Of a DNA stretch of 46,108 nt, positions 9,577-18,221 are shown one piece after another (the first letter of the stretch is position 1; the number at the start of each line of letters is the position of its first letter). Below the pieces are notes generated by a model. That model was not told the origin of the DNA and ran no database searches. It saw only the letters and a program-made list of their open reading frames with translations. The DNA comes from Candidatus Micrarchaeota archaeon (lineage in GTDB: Archaea > B1Sed10-29 > B47-G15): contig QMVG01000006.1 in NCBI GenBank assembly GCA_003660975.1, positions 1-46,108 on the forward strand, in the 5' to 3' direction. A program made the translations under genes and the position numbers.

Positions 9577-11532
9577 ATGTCTGGGCGGACAGATAAAGTA
9601 AAATTGTTAAAGAGCATCTACGAACTCTCAGCAGAGGAGCCATACCCAGTTGCTGCAGGTTTTAAAGCGAATACCATTCCGGCTCTTTTTTTAGAAAGGT
9701 GCAATCGGACGCCTAAGGGGGTGGCCTTCAAGTACAAAGATCGGGGTCTCTACAAGGAGGTCACTTGGGAACAATATCGGGATCATGTCGAGAACTTTTG
9801 TCTCGGATTGGTAGAAATGGGATTGGAGAGGGGGGATAGGGTAGCCATAATGGGAGATCCTTGTCCTGAATGGCTATATGCTGACATTGCAGTTCAGAGC
9901 GCCGGAGCGATCAGTTACGGTATCTATTCAACGAGTTCGGTTTCGGAGACGAAGTGGATGGTTGAAAATGCAGGTGCGAAGTTCTTTGTCGCTCAGAACC
10001 AAGAATTTGTTGACAAGATCCTACCGGTAGCGGATGAGTTACCCCTTTTGCAGAAAATAATCGTTGCGGACACCAGTGCTATGTTCATGTACAACGACTC
10101 GCGGATTGTCAGTTTTACGGAGGTTGAAGAGATTGGAGCTGAAATGAAACAAAAAAGGCCCCGATTGTTTGAGGAGCTGGTGTCCAGAGTCGAACCAGAC
10201 GACGTCGCAACTATGATTTACACCTCGGGGACGACTGGCGTACCTAAAGGGGTCATGATAACTCATCGAAATTTGCTCTGGGAAAGGCTGGAGTTGGCAT
10301 TTCTTGTTCCGGAGTTCTTCAACGAGAAGGCAAGAAGTGTGGCTTACTTGCCCCTTGCTCATATTTTGGCGAGACTTCAAGACGAATATCTACCAATGGT
10401 GGCAAATCATGTAACGCACATTGGGGAAAGTCCGGATCTTATGGCTGAAACAATGTACGAGGTCTCTCCGACCATCTTTTTAGGGGCGCCACGTACGTTA
10501 GAGAAATTTGCGGCTCAGGCATTGGTGGGGATAGAGGCGAGTAGTTGGTTAAAGAAGCAATCGTACAGATTAGCGATGAAGATTGGTCGGAAATACATGA
10601 GCAGAAAATGGGAGTCCAAGCCATCCCCGATATTGTGGTTTCTATACAAGCTTGCGCGGCTTTTGGTTTTTCGCCCTCTTTTAGAAAAATTGGGATTTGC
10701 AAAAGTTCGGTTCTGCCTAGTGGGGGCTACTCCCGTCCCTCCTGAAATCCTTGCCTTGTGGCAAGTTTGGGGCGTACCCGCGGGCGAGATGTACGGGCAA
10801 ACGGAGGGTGGAAACATAAGCGCTCAGCTAAAGCCCTTTGCCAAACCAGGCACAGCCGGTAAGATGTTTCCCAGGGTTGAATGGAAGCTCACCGACAATG
10901 GAGAGTTGCTGGTGAGAGGCCCAGGGGCTTTTTTGGGCTACTGGGGGGATGAGGAATCCACACGAAAAGTAAAAGATGAAGAAGGTTGGGTCCATACGGG
11001 CGACGTGGTTAAGTTCACGGAAAACGGAGAACTAAAGGTAGTCGATCGTCTCAAAGACATCCAAATAACCGCTGGTGGAAAGAATATATCTCCTTCTGAA
11101 ATAGAGAAGACGCTTAAAACAAGTCCCTATATAAGCGAGGCCATAGTATTTGCCGACGGCCGCAAGTTTCCTGCGGCCCTTATTGAAATTGATTTTGATA
11201 CCGTCTCGGAGTGGGCAAGGAATAATAACGTTCCTTATACGGGTTTTACCAGCCTTGCTCAACATCCTAAAGTTTACGAACTCATAGCAAACGAGGTCGC
11301 AAAGGCGAATGAACAGCTTGCGAGGGTCGAACGAGTAAAAAGATTTCGTATTCTGCCCAAGGAATTTGATCCTGAAGATGAGGAGGACCCAATAACTTCG
11401 ACGAGGAAGATTAAGAGACAAAAAGTTTATGAAAAATTCAAAGATCTGGTCGAGTCAATGTTTGAGGAGCAAAAAGAGGAGAAAGAAATCATAGTCAGTG
11501 AATTGGGGGAGATTAAAGAAAAAATATATTAA
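9577..11532 (+). CDS. Long-chain-type acyl-CoA synthetase of the transporter-associated kind
   Basis: YTSGTTGVPKG, YLPLAH, YGQTE, TGD, GGKNISP, TSTRKIKR; AGGAGG precedes ATG 9577. Confidence 0.88.
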   Translation: MSGRTDKVKLLKSIYELSAEEPYPVAAGFKANTIPALFLERCNRTPKGVAFKYKDRGLYKEVTWEQYRDHVENFCLGLVEMGLERGDRVAIMGDPCPEWLYADIAVQSAGAISYGIYSTSSVSETKWMVENAGAKFFVAQNQEFVDKILPVADELPLLQKIIVADTSAMFMYNDSRIVSFTEVEEIGAEMKQKRPRLFEELVSRVEPDDVATMIYTSGTTGVPKGVMITHRNLLWERLELAFLVPEFFNEKARSVAYLPLAHILARLQDEYLPMVANHVTHIGESPDLMAETMYEVSPTIFLGAPRTLEKFAAQALVGIEASSWLKKQSYRLAMKIGRKYMSRKWESKPSPILWFLYKLARLLVFRPLLEKLGFAKVRFCLVGATPVPPEILALWQVWGVPAGEMYGQTEGGNISAQLKPFAKPGTAGKMFPRVEWKLTDNGELLVRGPGAFLGYWGDEESTRKVKDEEGWVHTGDVVKFTENGELKVVDRLKDIQITAGGKNISPSEIEKTLKTSPYISEAIVFADGRKFPAALIEIDFDTVSEWARNNNVPYTGFTSLAQHPKVYELIANEVAKANEQLARVERVKRFRILPKEFDPEDEEDPITSTRKIKRQKVYEKFKDLVESMFEEQKEEKEIIVSELGEIKEKIY

Positions 11533-11544
11533 GGAGGGAGGAAA

Positions 11545-12798
11545 ATGAAAAGGAAAGGATTTATTTGGGCTTTTGTAGTAAGCGTAATATTATTTTTTGG
11601 CCTTGTTTTGAGTTTTCCTCTCAGCGGTGAGGCCAAATCATCTCTCGAGCCTTATAAAATAGGACTCTCGGGGACGGTGACGGGGCCACCGGCTGGGACA
11701 TATGCTCCGCTGAGTGATGGATTCCGATTGTATATTAAAAAGTTAAATGGAAAAGGGGGAGTGAACGGACGCAAGATAAAACTCATTTTTGAAGATAATG
11801 CAGGTAGCGGCATAAAAGCCGGGGCGAACGTTAAAAGGTTTGCAGGGGCAAAAGTCCGCTTAATTGTGCTATCCGGACCATCAGCGATCTATGCTCCTGC
11901 TTTTGATGAGGCAAGGCGAGCGAACATACCAGTCCTTGTTCTTGCCATAGGTCCCCTTCAAACAACGCCCCCAAAATGTGAGCGCCTGGTTTACGGACAG
12001 ATCTGGGGCAATGCACGAAACACCACAAAAGTCATCATCATGATTGTGAAGCAAGAGTTCGCTTCAAAGATCAAAAACCCCGTGTGGGGAATAGCGGGGA
12101 TAGATATTCCTGTCTCACGCAAGGGGGCGGAGGCCCAGGGAAGGATCGGAGCAAAAATGGGGCTGAAGACAGTGGTAAAAATAGCCCCCTTGGGGACAAT
12201 GGATTATACTCCCATAGCTACTTCTCTTATGGACGCTGGCTGTAATATAATATCTACCTGGGGGCCCGCTGGACTTACCCTGGGCCTTTTTAAGGCTCTG
12301 ATCAAGCTCGGATATAAAGGCGTTCTCTACATTAACACCCCAGATCCACCGGAGCATTTCGCGGAGCTAATGAAAAGATGCCCCTCAATTATCTACACAA
12401 ATCCCAACTTAGTGCCTCTTTGGGCTGGGTTCCCTGTTGATAAGGAAATAGAGGCAGAAGCTAAGAAGCAAGGGATAAGGCTGAATTCCGGCATCAAAGC
12501 GGGATGGTGGTACGGGATGGTGGTCGAAGAAGTATTAAAAAAGGCCGGTTGGCCTGTAACGACCGAAAAACTCTTAAGCGTATTGAATCACTTAGAGTTG
12601 GATTTTGGCCCTGCTTTTCCTCCCGTTCAGTTCACCGCCACCGATCATCAAGGGCCGGTGTATGAGAACGGTTGGTCTTGGAGTCCGAAAGAGAACAGAT
12701 TCGTCGTTGTATTGCCTTGGTATGTCTCTAATGCAGCAGGAACGAAAGTCAAAGTACTTCCAAAGAGCGTGGGCGTCCCGAAGGTTAAGTTTGAGTGA
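11545..12798 (+). CDS. LIV-family ABC transporter substrate-binding protein
   Basis: Signal peptide; KIGLSGTVTGP and GGVNGRKIKLIFED; C-terminal FTATDHQG. Confidence 0.85.
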   Translation: MKRKGFIWAFVVSVILFFGLVLSFPLSGEAKSSLEPYKIGLSGTVTGPPAGTYAPLSDGFRLYIKKLNGKGGVNGRKIKLIFEDNAGSGIKAGANVKRFAGAKVRLIVLSGPSAIYAPAFDEARRANIPVLVLAIGPLQTTPPKCERLVYGQIWGNARNTTKVIIMIVKQEFASKIKNPVWGIAGIDIPVSRKGAEAQGRIGAKMGLKTVVKIAPLGTMDYTPIATSLMDAGCNIISTWGPAGLTLGLFKALIKLGYKGVLYINTPDPPEHFAELMKRCPSIIYTNPNLVPLWAGFPVDKEIEAEAKKQGIRLNSGIKAGWWYGMVVEEVLKKAGWPVTTEKLLSVLNHLELDFGPAFPPVQFTATDHQGPVYENGWSWSPKENRFVVVLPWYVSNAAGTKVKVLPKSVGVPKVKFE

Positions 12799-12835
12799 AG
12801 CTAGGCGTTTCACATTTAAGAAGAGGGGACAAAGG

Positions 12836-13021
12836 GCAGCCGTGTAAACAAAGCGAGTGTGGCGGCTTAGGTCTGATAAATGCAGGTAACAAGTAAGTTG
12901 GACGAGAACGAGGTTCTATAACCATCAAAAAACGAGGAGGAGTCCGATGACTTATCGCAGATCGCAAGCCGGCTGTCAGAGGGATTCGCAACCTACTCGA
13001 ATGGCTTACAAGGGTGCCTAA
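12836..13021 (+). mobile_element. Possible IS256-family left-end remnant with a 24-codon ORF (12947-13021)
   Basis: CAGCCGTGTAAACAAA end-like sequence; strong SD GAGGAGGAG plus ATG; a shifted frame reads GIRNLLEWL. Resemblance is from memory only. Confidence 0.3.
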
Positions 13022-13902
13022 TGCAATTCTTAGCCAACACATTGGTTTTGGCTTCTATATACGGCCTTCTCGCTACGGGCTATGTGATTGTTTACCGGGC
13101 AAGCCGCGTAATAAATTTTGCGCATGGCGACTTTATGGTACTTGGGGTGTACTTTTTCTTTTCCGTCCTTTCCATAATAGGATCCAAGGGCATTCTATCA
13201 AGTATTACCAGCGCAATTACTGCTTTCTTGATCGTCTTCCTGCTGAGCCTTCTAATCTACCGCATTTTGATACATCCAATGCTTGGTCAGCCTGTCTTTG
13301 TGATCATAATGGTAACCATTGGATTGAGCATTTTGTTACACGGAATTACGGTCTTCATATGGGGAGCAGAGCCAAAGTCGCTTATCAGTTATATGGGGAA
13401 CAGAAGTGCTTCAATTTCTTTCAATACTGTAGCTCTTTCCACTTTTGACTTAGCTTTCATCATCACTTTCTTTGCATTACTGATAGGTCTTGGTTTGTTC
13501 TTCAAGTATTCAAGAGTAGGTATTCAATTAAGGGCGGCTTCTGAGAACCCTCTTTTTGCTTCACAGAGGGGAATAAACATTTATCTTCTGTTTGCTTTTT
13601 CGTGGGGTATAGCGACCTTACTGGGCGCCATTGCAGGGATCCTATACGGTGCCAATACCCATACTGAGCCTGCTATGGCCTTCTTAGCCTTAAAAGCGAT
13701 GCCAGTAGCGATTGTGGGAGGAATGTACAGCCTGTTAGGCGTTGTACCTGGAGCAATAATCGTGGCATTGGCCGAAAATGCGGTGGCGGTCTACTTTGAT
13801 CCTTTGGTGTCTGACGTGATTCCAATGGTAATCCTTCTCATCGTTCTGATTGTTAAGCCTTGGGGTATATTTGGAAAGGAGGAAGAGATAGAAAGGGTTT
13901 GA
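13021..13902 (+). CDS. livH: LivH-like ABC permease
   Basis: YGLLATGY..YRASRVINFAHG, GIQLRAASEN, PWGIFG; hydrophobic. Confidence 0.9.
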   Translation: MQFLANTLVLASIYGLLATGYVIVYRASRVINFAHGDFMVLGVYFFFSVLSIIGSKGILSSITSAITAFLIVFLLSLLIYRILIHPMLGQPVFVIIMVTIGLSILLHGITVFIWGAEPKSLISYMGNRSASISFNTVALSTFDLAFIITFFALLIGLGLFFKYSRVGIQLRAASENPLFASQRGINIYLLFAFSWGIATLLGAIAGILYGANTHTEPAMAFLALKAMPVAIVGGMYSLLGVVPGAIIVALAENAVAVYFDPLVSDVIPMVILLIVLIVKPWGIFGKEEEIERV

Positions 13903-13904
13903 TC

Positions 13905-14981
13905 ATGTCTTTATGGAAAACGCCGATAGCCAGTAATTATAAGAAAGATATGGTATTGTTCGATTATCCTCTTTTGCGTATATGGGTAGGATCGATGATT
14001 GTATTGGGGTTAATCCTTCCCTTTCTCACGTCATCTTACTTTATCCACCTAATGAATTTATGTTTTTTAGCCACACTTGGCGCCATAGGTTTGAACATTG
14101 TTACTGGCTATACAGGCCTTGTCTCACTTGGGACTGGTGGTTTCCTATGTGCTGGTGCGTTTATCGCTGTAATACTGAACATCGAACTTCACACCCCCTT
14201 CTGGGTAAACATAATTGCCGCCTTGGTAGGGGGGAGTATTTTAGGTCTCATAGCCGGTCTTCCGGCTTTGAGACTGAAGGGCATTTACCTTTTGCTTAGC
14301 ACCCTCGCTATCCATTTCATCATAGTTTATTTCTGTGGGAGATACCAAATACTAAAAGGGTATATCGGCGGCATCCCTATTTCCGATCCTAATATAGGAG
14401 CGGGTGTTGTACTGAATACAACTATTAAGTGGTACTACTTCCTGCTGGCGATTTTAATTATGGTCACTATCTTTTGCCTCAATATCGAACGCACTCATAT
14501 AGGCAGGGCCTGGATTGCATTGAGGGACAGGGATATAGTAGCCAATATTTTGGGTGTCAACGTTGGGTATTATAAGCTTCTATCTTTTACCTTTAGTTCT
14601 GGGCTCATCGGTGTGGCAGGTTGTCTAACCGCCTACTATGTCCACTTCGTCGCTTACGAGGAGTTTACGATCTGGACAAGCGTCATTTATCTGGCAATGA
14701 TCATTATCGGAGGGATTGGTTCGATAGCAGGTTCATACTTTGGTGCTTTTATCGTTACTTTTTTGCCCTATTTCCTCCATTGGATTGTGGAATCATTTCG
14801 GCTTCCGACCAGAATGGAGTTGTACTTTAGCAGTGTGGAACAAGCTGTTTTCGGATTCATAATGATCCTGTTCTTGTTAGTTGAACCGATGGGATTAGTT
14901 GGCTTATGGCGACTGAAAGTCCGACCTTATTTTGAGCTTTGGCCTTTTAAATATCGTAGAGCGATCGCGACGAGGCGGTAA
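13905..14981 (+). CDS. livM: LivM-like ABC permease
   Basis: GLNIVTGYTGLVSLG, PALRLKGIYL, GRAWIALRD, IIGGIGS. Confidence 0.9.
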   Translation: MSLWKTPIASNYKKDMVLFDYPLLRIWVGSMIVLGLILPFLTSSYFIHLMNLCFLATLGAIGLNIVTGYTGLVSLGTGGFLCAGAFIAVILNIELHTPFWVNIIAALVGGSILGLIAGLPALRLKGIYLLLSTLAIHFIIVYFCGRYQILKGYIGGIPISDPNIGAGVVLNTTIKWYYFLLAILIMVTIFCLNIERTHIGRAWIALRDRDIVANILGVNVGYYKLLSFTFSSGLIGVAGCLTAYYVHFVAYEEFTIWTSVIYLAMIIIGGIGSIAGSYFGAFIVTFLPYFLHWIVESFRLPTRMELYFSSVEQAVFGFIMILFLLVEPMGLVGLWRLKVRPYFELWPFKYRRAIATRR

Positions 14982-14983
14982 CG

Positions 14984-15796
14984 ATGAAGGGTGAAGTCCC
15001 TTATGACGACATCCTATTGGAGGTCAGCAAGTTAGAGGTCATATATAACCGTGCCGTGATGGCAATTCAAGGGGTTTCTATTAAGGTCCCAAAAGGAAGC
15101 ATCGTAGCCATTCTGGGGACAAATGGAGCGGGTAAGACGACGCTAATCCGGGCGATTTCTGGCTTTATACCATCTGAGTATGCTGAGATTACGGATGGAA
15201 CTGTAATATTTGAGGGTGAAGATATAACCTCCAAGTCCCCACATGAAATAGTTCGTCGAGGCCTCGTATTGGTGCCAGAAAGGGAAAAGATATTTACTAC
15301 GATGACGACACTGGAAAATATCAAATCCTCATCGTTGGCAAAGAAAGAAGCGATTTTTTCGTTAGAGACTGTTTATGAGTACTTTCCTATTCTCAAAGAA
15401 AGGAGTTCCCAGATCGCGGGTTATCTGAGCGGTGGAGAAAGGCAAATGTTAGCGATTGGCACAGCTCTGCTTTGTCAGCCACGATTGTTGCTGATCGATG
15501 AGTTATCCCTGGGATTATCTGTGCAGGTTGTATCCTCACTTATCGAAGCATTAAAAAGGATGAAGAAAGAGTTGGGTTTAACGATCCTTTTGGTAGAACA
15601 GAACGCCGAAGCAGCGCTAAAGATCGCTGATTATGCATACATAATGGAAACAGGAAGGGTAGTCTTCGATGGTCCTCCGGAGAAACTTTTGGCACATGAA
15701 GATGTGAGAGAGTTTTATCTTGGCATCAAGGGTGGGAAGGAGAAGAGTTACAAGGACGTAAAACAATATCGACGAACTCGCCGCTGGTGGGGCTAA
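14984..15796 (+). CDS. livF: LivF-like ABC ATP-binding protein
   Basis: GTNGAGKT, LSGGERQM, LLIDE, VEQN. Confidence 0.9.
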   Translation: MKGEVPYDDILLEVSKLEVIYNRAVMAIQGVSIKVPKGSIVAILGTNGAGKTTLIRAISGFIPSEYAEITDGTVIFEGEDITSKSPHEIVRRGLVLVPEREKIFTTMTTLENIKSSSLAKKEAIFSLETVYEYFPILKERSSQIAGYLSGGERQMLAIGTALLCQPRLLLIDELSLGLSVQVVSSLIEALKRMKKELGLTILLVEQNAEAALKIADYAYIMETGRVVFDGPPEKLLAHEDVREFYLGIKGGKEKSYKDVKQYRRTRRWWG

Positions 15797-15799
15797 GTA

Positions 15800-16594
15800 A
15801 TGGAAAACAAGGTAAAGCTTTCCGTGACAGGCCTACACCTCAACTTCGGCGGAATTCAGGCCTTAGTTGACGTAAGCTTCCAGGTGAAAGATAGAGAGAT
15901 AGTTGGGGTAGTAGGTCCTAATGGATCGGGGAAAACCTGCGTTCTAAATGTCATTAGCGGCTTTTATAAGCCTGCTAACGGAGAGGTGTTGTTGGACGGA
16001 ATAAACATTACGGGAATGCCTCCCCACAAGATAGCAAGACTTGGGGTAGGCCGAAGCTTTCAACAGATGGAATTATTTGGGGGGATGACTGTATTGGAGA
16101 ACTTACTCGTAGGATGTCATCCCTTCATGAAGGGAAACATCTTTACCGCTGGGATTTATTGGGGTCTTGCTCAAAAGACAGAGCTACGCTTTCGCGAGGT
16201 TGTGGAAGAGGTACTCGATTTCATGGAATTGGAAAGGTACCGCAAACTTCCTGCCGGTAGCCTTCCCATAGGGACCCAGAAGTTAGTAAGCGTAGCAAGA
16301 GCCCTTTGCGCTCAACCACGGATACTACTATTGGACGAGCCCTCTTGCGGATTGTCTCGTGACGAAAAAGAGGACCTGGCGAGATTCCTTCTTCGCATTA
16401 AGTATGAAAAGGGTATACCAATTGTCTGGGTTGAGCATGATCTATCTTTGGTCGGCGAACTGGCAGACAGGTTAATTGTGCTTGATCAAGGGAAAAAGGT
16501 GGCTGACGGTGTTCAGGAGGAAGTGCTAACTAACCCGAAGGTGTTGGAAATCTTCGGAGGTAAAATAGAACTTTCCGAACCAAAAAGGGATTGA
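15800..16594 (+). CDS. livG: LivG-like ABC ATP-binding protein
   Basis: GPNGSGKT, RSFQ, LLLDEP, VEHD. Confidence 0.9.
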   Translation: MENKVKLSVTGLHLNFGGIQALVDVSFQVKDREIVGVVGPNGSGKTCVLNVISGFYKPANGEVLLDGINITGMPPHKIARLGVGRSFQQMELFGGMTVLENLLVGCHPFMKGNIFTAGIYWGLAQKTELRFREVVEEVLDFMELERYRKLPAGSLPIGTQKLVSVARALCAQPRILLLDEPSCGLSRDEKEDLARFLLRIKYEKGIPIVWVEHDLSLVGELADRLIVLDQGKKVADGVQEEVLTNPKVLEIFGGKIELSEPKRD

Positions 16595-16709
16595 TTTGCT
16601 TCAATAAGCTGATCGAGCGCTGTCACTCGAAAGGTATAGCTCAGACAAAAGATCTTCACATTGAGATCTGCCTACGAGAGGATGTGGAATTCGGTACTTC
16701 TAATGCTCG

Positions 16710-17008
16710 GCGCTGATAGGAAACAGGGCCTACCGGAGGTATCTCAGAATTGAGGGTACGGGGCCATCTTGGAGCAGGACCGGTCAGAGAGGAGGCCAGA
16801 TACGATGGAAAGTACGTCCTGAGGATCAATACCGGTCTTTCTCCCGAGGAAGTGGCCCTTGCCTACAGGGGCTGTGGCAGGTGGATGGGTGGTTCAAGGT
16901 ATGTTTTGAGGACTGAGCTTTAGAGCCGTAGGGATGAGGCCGCGGGGAGGGTGTGCCTCTAATATCTTGAAATCCTTATATTTTTGTTGAAGAGGCGTCA
17001 AAGTCGGG
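16710..17008 (+). pseudogene. Degraded IS1634-family transposase 3' fragment with right end
   Basis: Frameshifted fragments LIGNRAYRRYLRIEG / EEARYDGKYVLRINTGLSPEEVALAYR / LWQV / YVLRTEL / RAVGMRP, ending in GTCAAAGTCGGG. Confidence 0.8.
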
Positions 17009-17062
17009 TATAAAAGGCATTCCTCTAAAAGAGGACCTTCTAATGCTCGACTTTTTTAATTT

Positions 17063-17356
17063 CTACCATGAATGGCTCAGGGCGTCGTTAGGGCAAGCCT
17101 TTACACAGGGAAGCGTAGGCTTCTCTACCCCCACTGGCTTACAAGGGGCACAACTGTATTTTATCTTTTTCTTATGCTCGTCAGCCACAACCGGCACAGG
17201 TTCGTCCCGCAACGGATCCGTGGGGTCTTCCCCCATCACCAGCACCCCATAAGGACAGGCCTCTGCACACTTTCCGCATCCATTGCACTTATCCGTATTC
17301 AAAATAATGAAGTACTCCCCTGAGCCGTCCTTATATCCGTATCGAGCGATAGCCAT
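17063..17356 (-). CDS. bzdM: BzdM-type ferredoxin (electron donor to benzoyl-CoA reductase)
   Basis: YGYKDGSGEYFI N-terminus, CNGCGKCAEACP, CAPCKP...PCVKACP, C-terminal HSW. Confidence 0.85.
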   Translation of the reverse strand: MAIARYGYKDGSGEYFIILNTDKCNGCGKCAEACPYGVLVMGEDPTDPLRDEPVPVVADEHKKKIKYSCAPCKPVGVEKPTLPCVKACPNDALSHSW

Positions 17357-17546
17357 TACCTCAAGTCCCTTTGTTTTTTGGGGGGCGACCTCGCAAAGAG
17401 GGCCACTCCGACCATTTTACTGTCTTGGAGCCACAGTCTTTCTCTGCCATTATTTATCCTCAACCTCCTTGCTCTTTCTTCAACCGGCCCCGAGGCCCTT
17501 CCAGTTTAGGGTTCTCCCTCCAGATGCTCATGGCTATAAAATTACA

Positions 17547-17562
17547 TGCAATTATAGTTCCT
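17547..17562 (-). promoter_or_regulatory. sigma54 promoter for bzdM
   Basis: Minus strand AGGAACTATAATTGCA (GG-N10-GC). Confidence 0.6.
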
Positions 17563-17674
17563 TCGCAAAATAAAGTGAATAGAGCGAAAAGGAAGGAGAA
17601 AGAAGAAATAAAATAAATAAAAGGTATATTGACAGAGCTCAACAGCTTCAGTAAAAACCCTGATAAGCCTTGAA

Positions 17675-17722
17675 TGGTTAATTTTTATCACATCGTTAGC
17701 CATTTGCGGTTGATTTTTATCA
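17675..17722. promoter_or_regulatory. Tandem putative enhancer sites C and D between divergent sigma54 promoters
   Basis: TGGTTAATTTTTATCA (17675-17690) and CGGTTGATTTTTATCA (17707-17722), 32 bp apart start to start. Confidence 0.65.
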
Positions 17723-17774
17723 CAGTGGCATCTTAACTTTTAAAGAGCTCCTTAAAAACAGAGCATTTCTTTGA

Positions 17775-17790
17775 CGGCATAGATATTGCT
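17775..17790 (+). promoter_or_regulatory. sigma54 promoter of the ring-opening/beta-oxidation operon
   Basis: CGGCATAGATATTGCT: GG(17776-77)-N10-GC(17788-89). Confidence 0.75.
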
Positions 17791-17957
17791 GAGTCGAAAT
17801 TCGAAAAACTCCCGATCGTGGAAAGGGAGACTGCCGAAAAGCTTGGGATATCCCTCGAGATGATTTTTTTAAGATGAAGTTTTCAATTCGGAATACAGAG
17901 TTTTTGAAAAACTGACAGTAAAAGCGATCATCAGTGAGAAAGGGTGAGGAGGGGGAG

Positions 17958-18221
17958 ATGAGTGTGGGTGGAATTCGAAGGGATGTTCGACATTGCGAGG
18001 ATCCCTTATATATAAAAATTGTGGAGGTAGAAGAGGAACCGGAGGTAGAGTTTGTCGTTAGCATGGAAAAAACAAGGCTCGCCCAGAGAAAAGTGGGTAT
18101 GATTCGGTCCCTTCTTGAAAAGGATAAGGATAAGGAAAAAAAGAAAAAGACTGCAGAAGGAAGTAGCAGGAATACCCCTCTCAAGCCTTCCCGGAGGAAT
18201 AAATGGAACGAATTGCGGTAA
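17958..18221 (+). CDS. Small hypothetical protein (87 aa, acidic middle, Lys-rich tail)
   Basis: Strong SD GAGGAGGGGG before ATG 17958; overlaps the next gene; no motif recognised. Confidence 0.45.
   Translation: MSVGGIRRDVRHCEDPLYIKIVEVEEEPEVEFVVSMEKTRLAQRKVGMIRSLLEKDKDKEKKKKTAEGSSRNTPLKPSRRNKWNELR

Noticed and set aside
17800-17950. Riboswitch in the long leader (CTCCC/GGGAG stem, GGGATATCCC palindrome)
   Set aside because: Only short stems and no recognisable aptamer consensus; an Rfam/Infernal scan would settle it.
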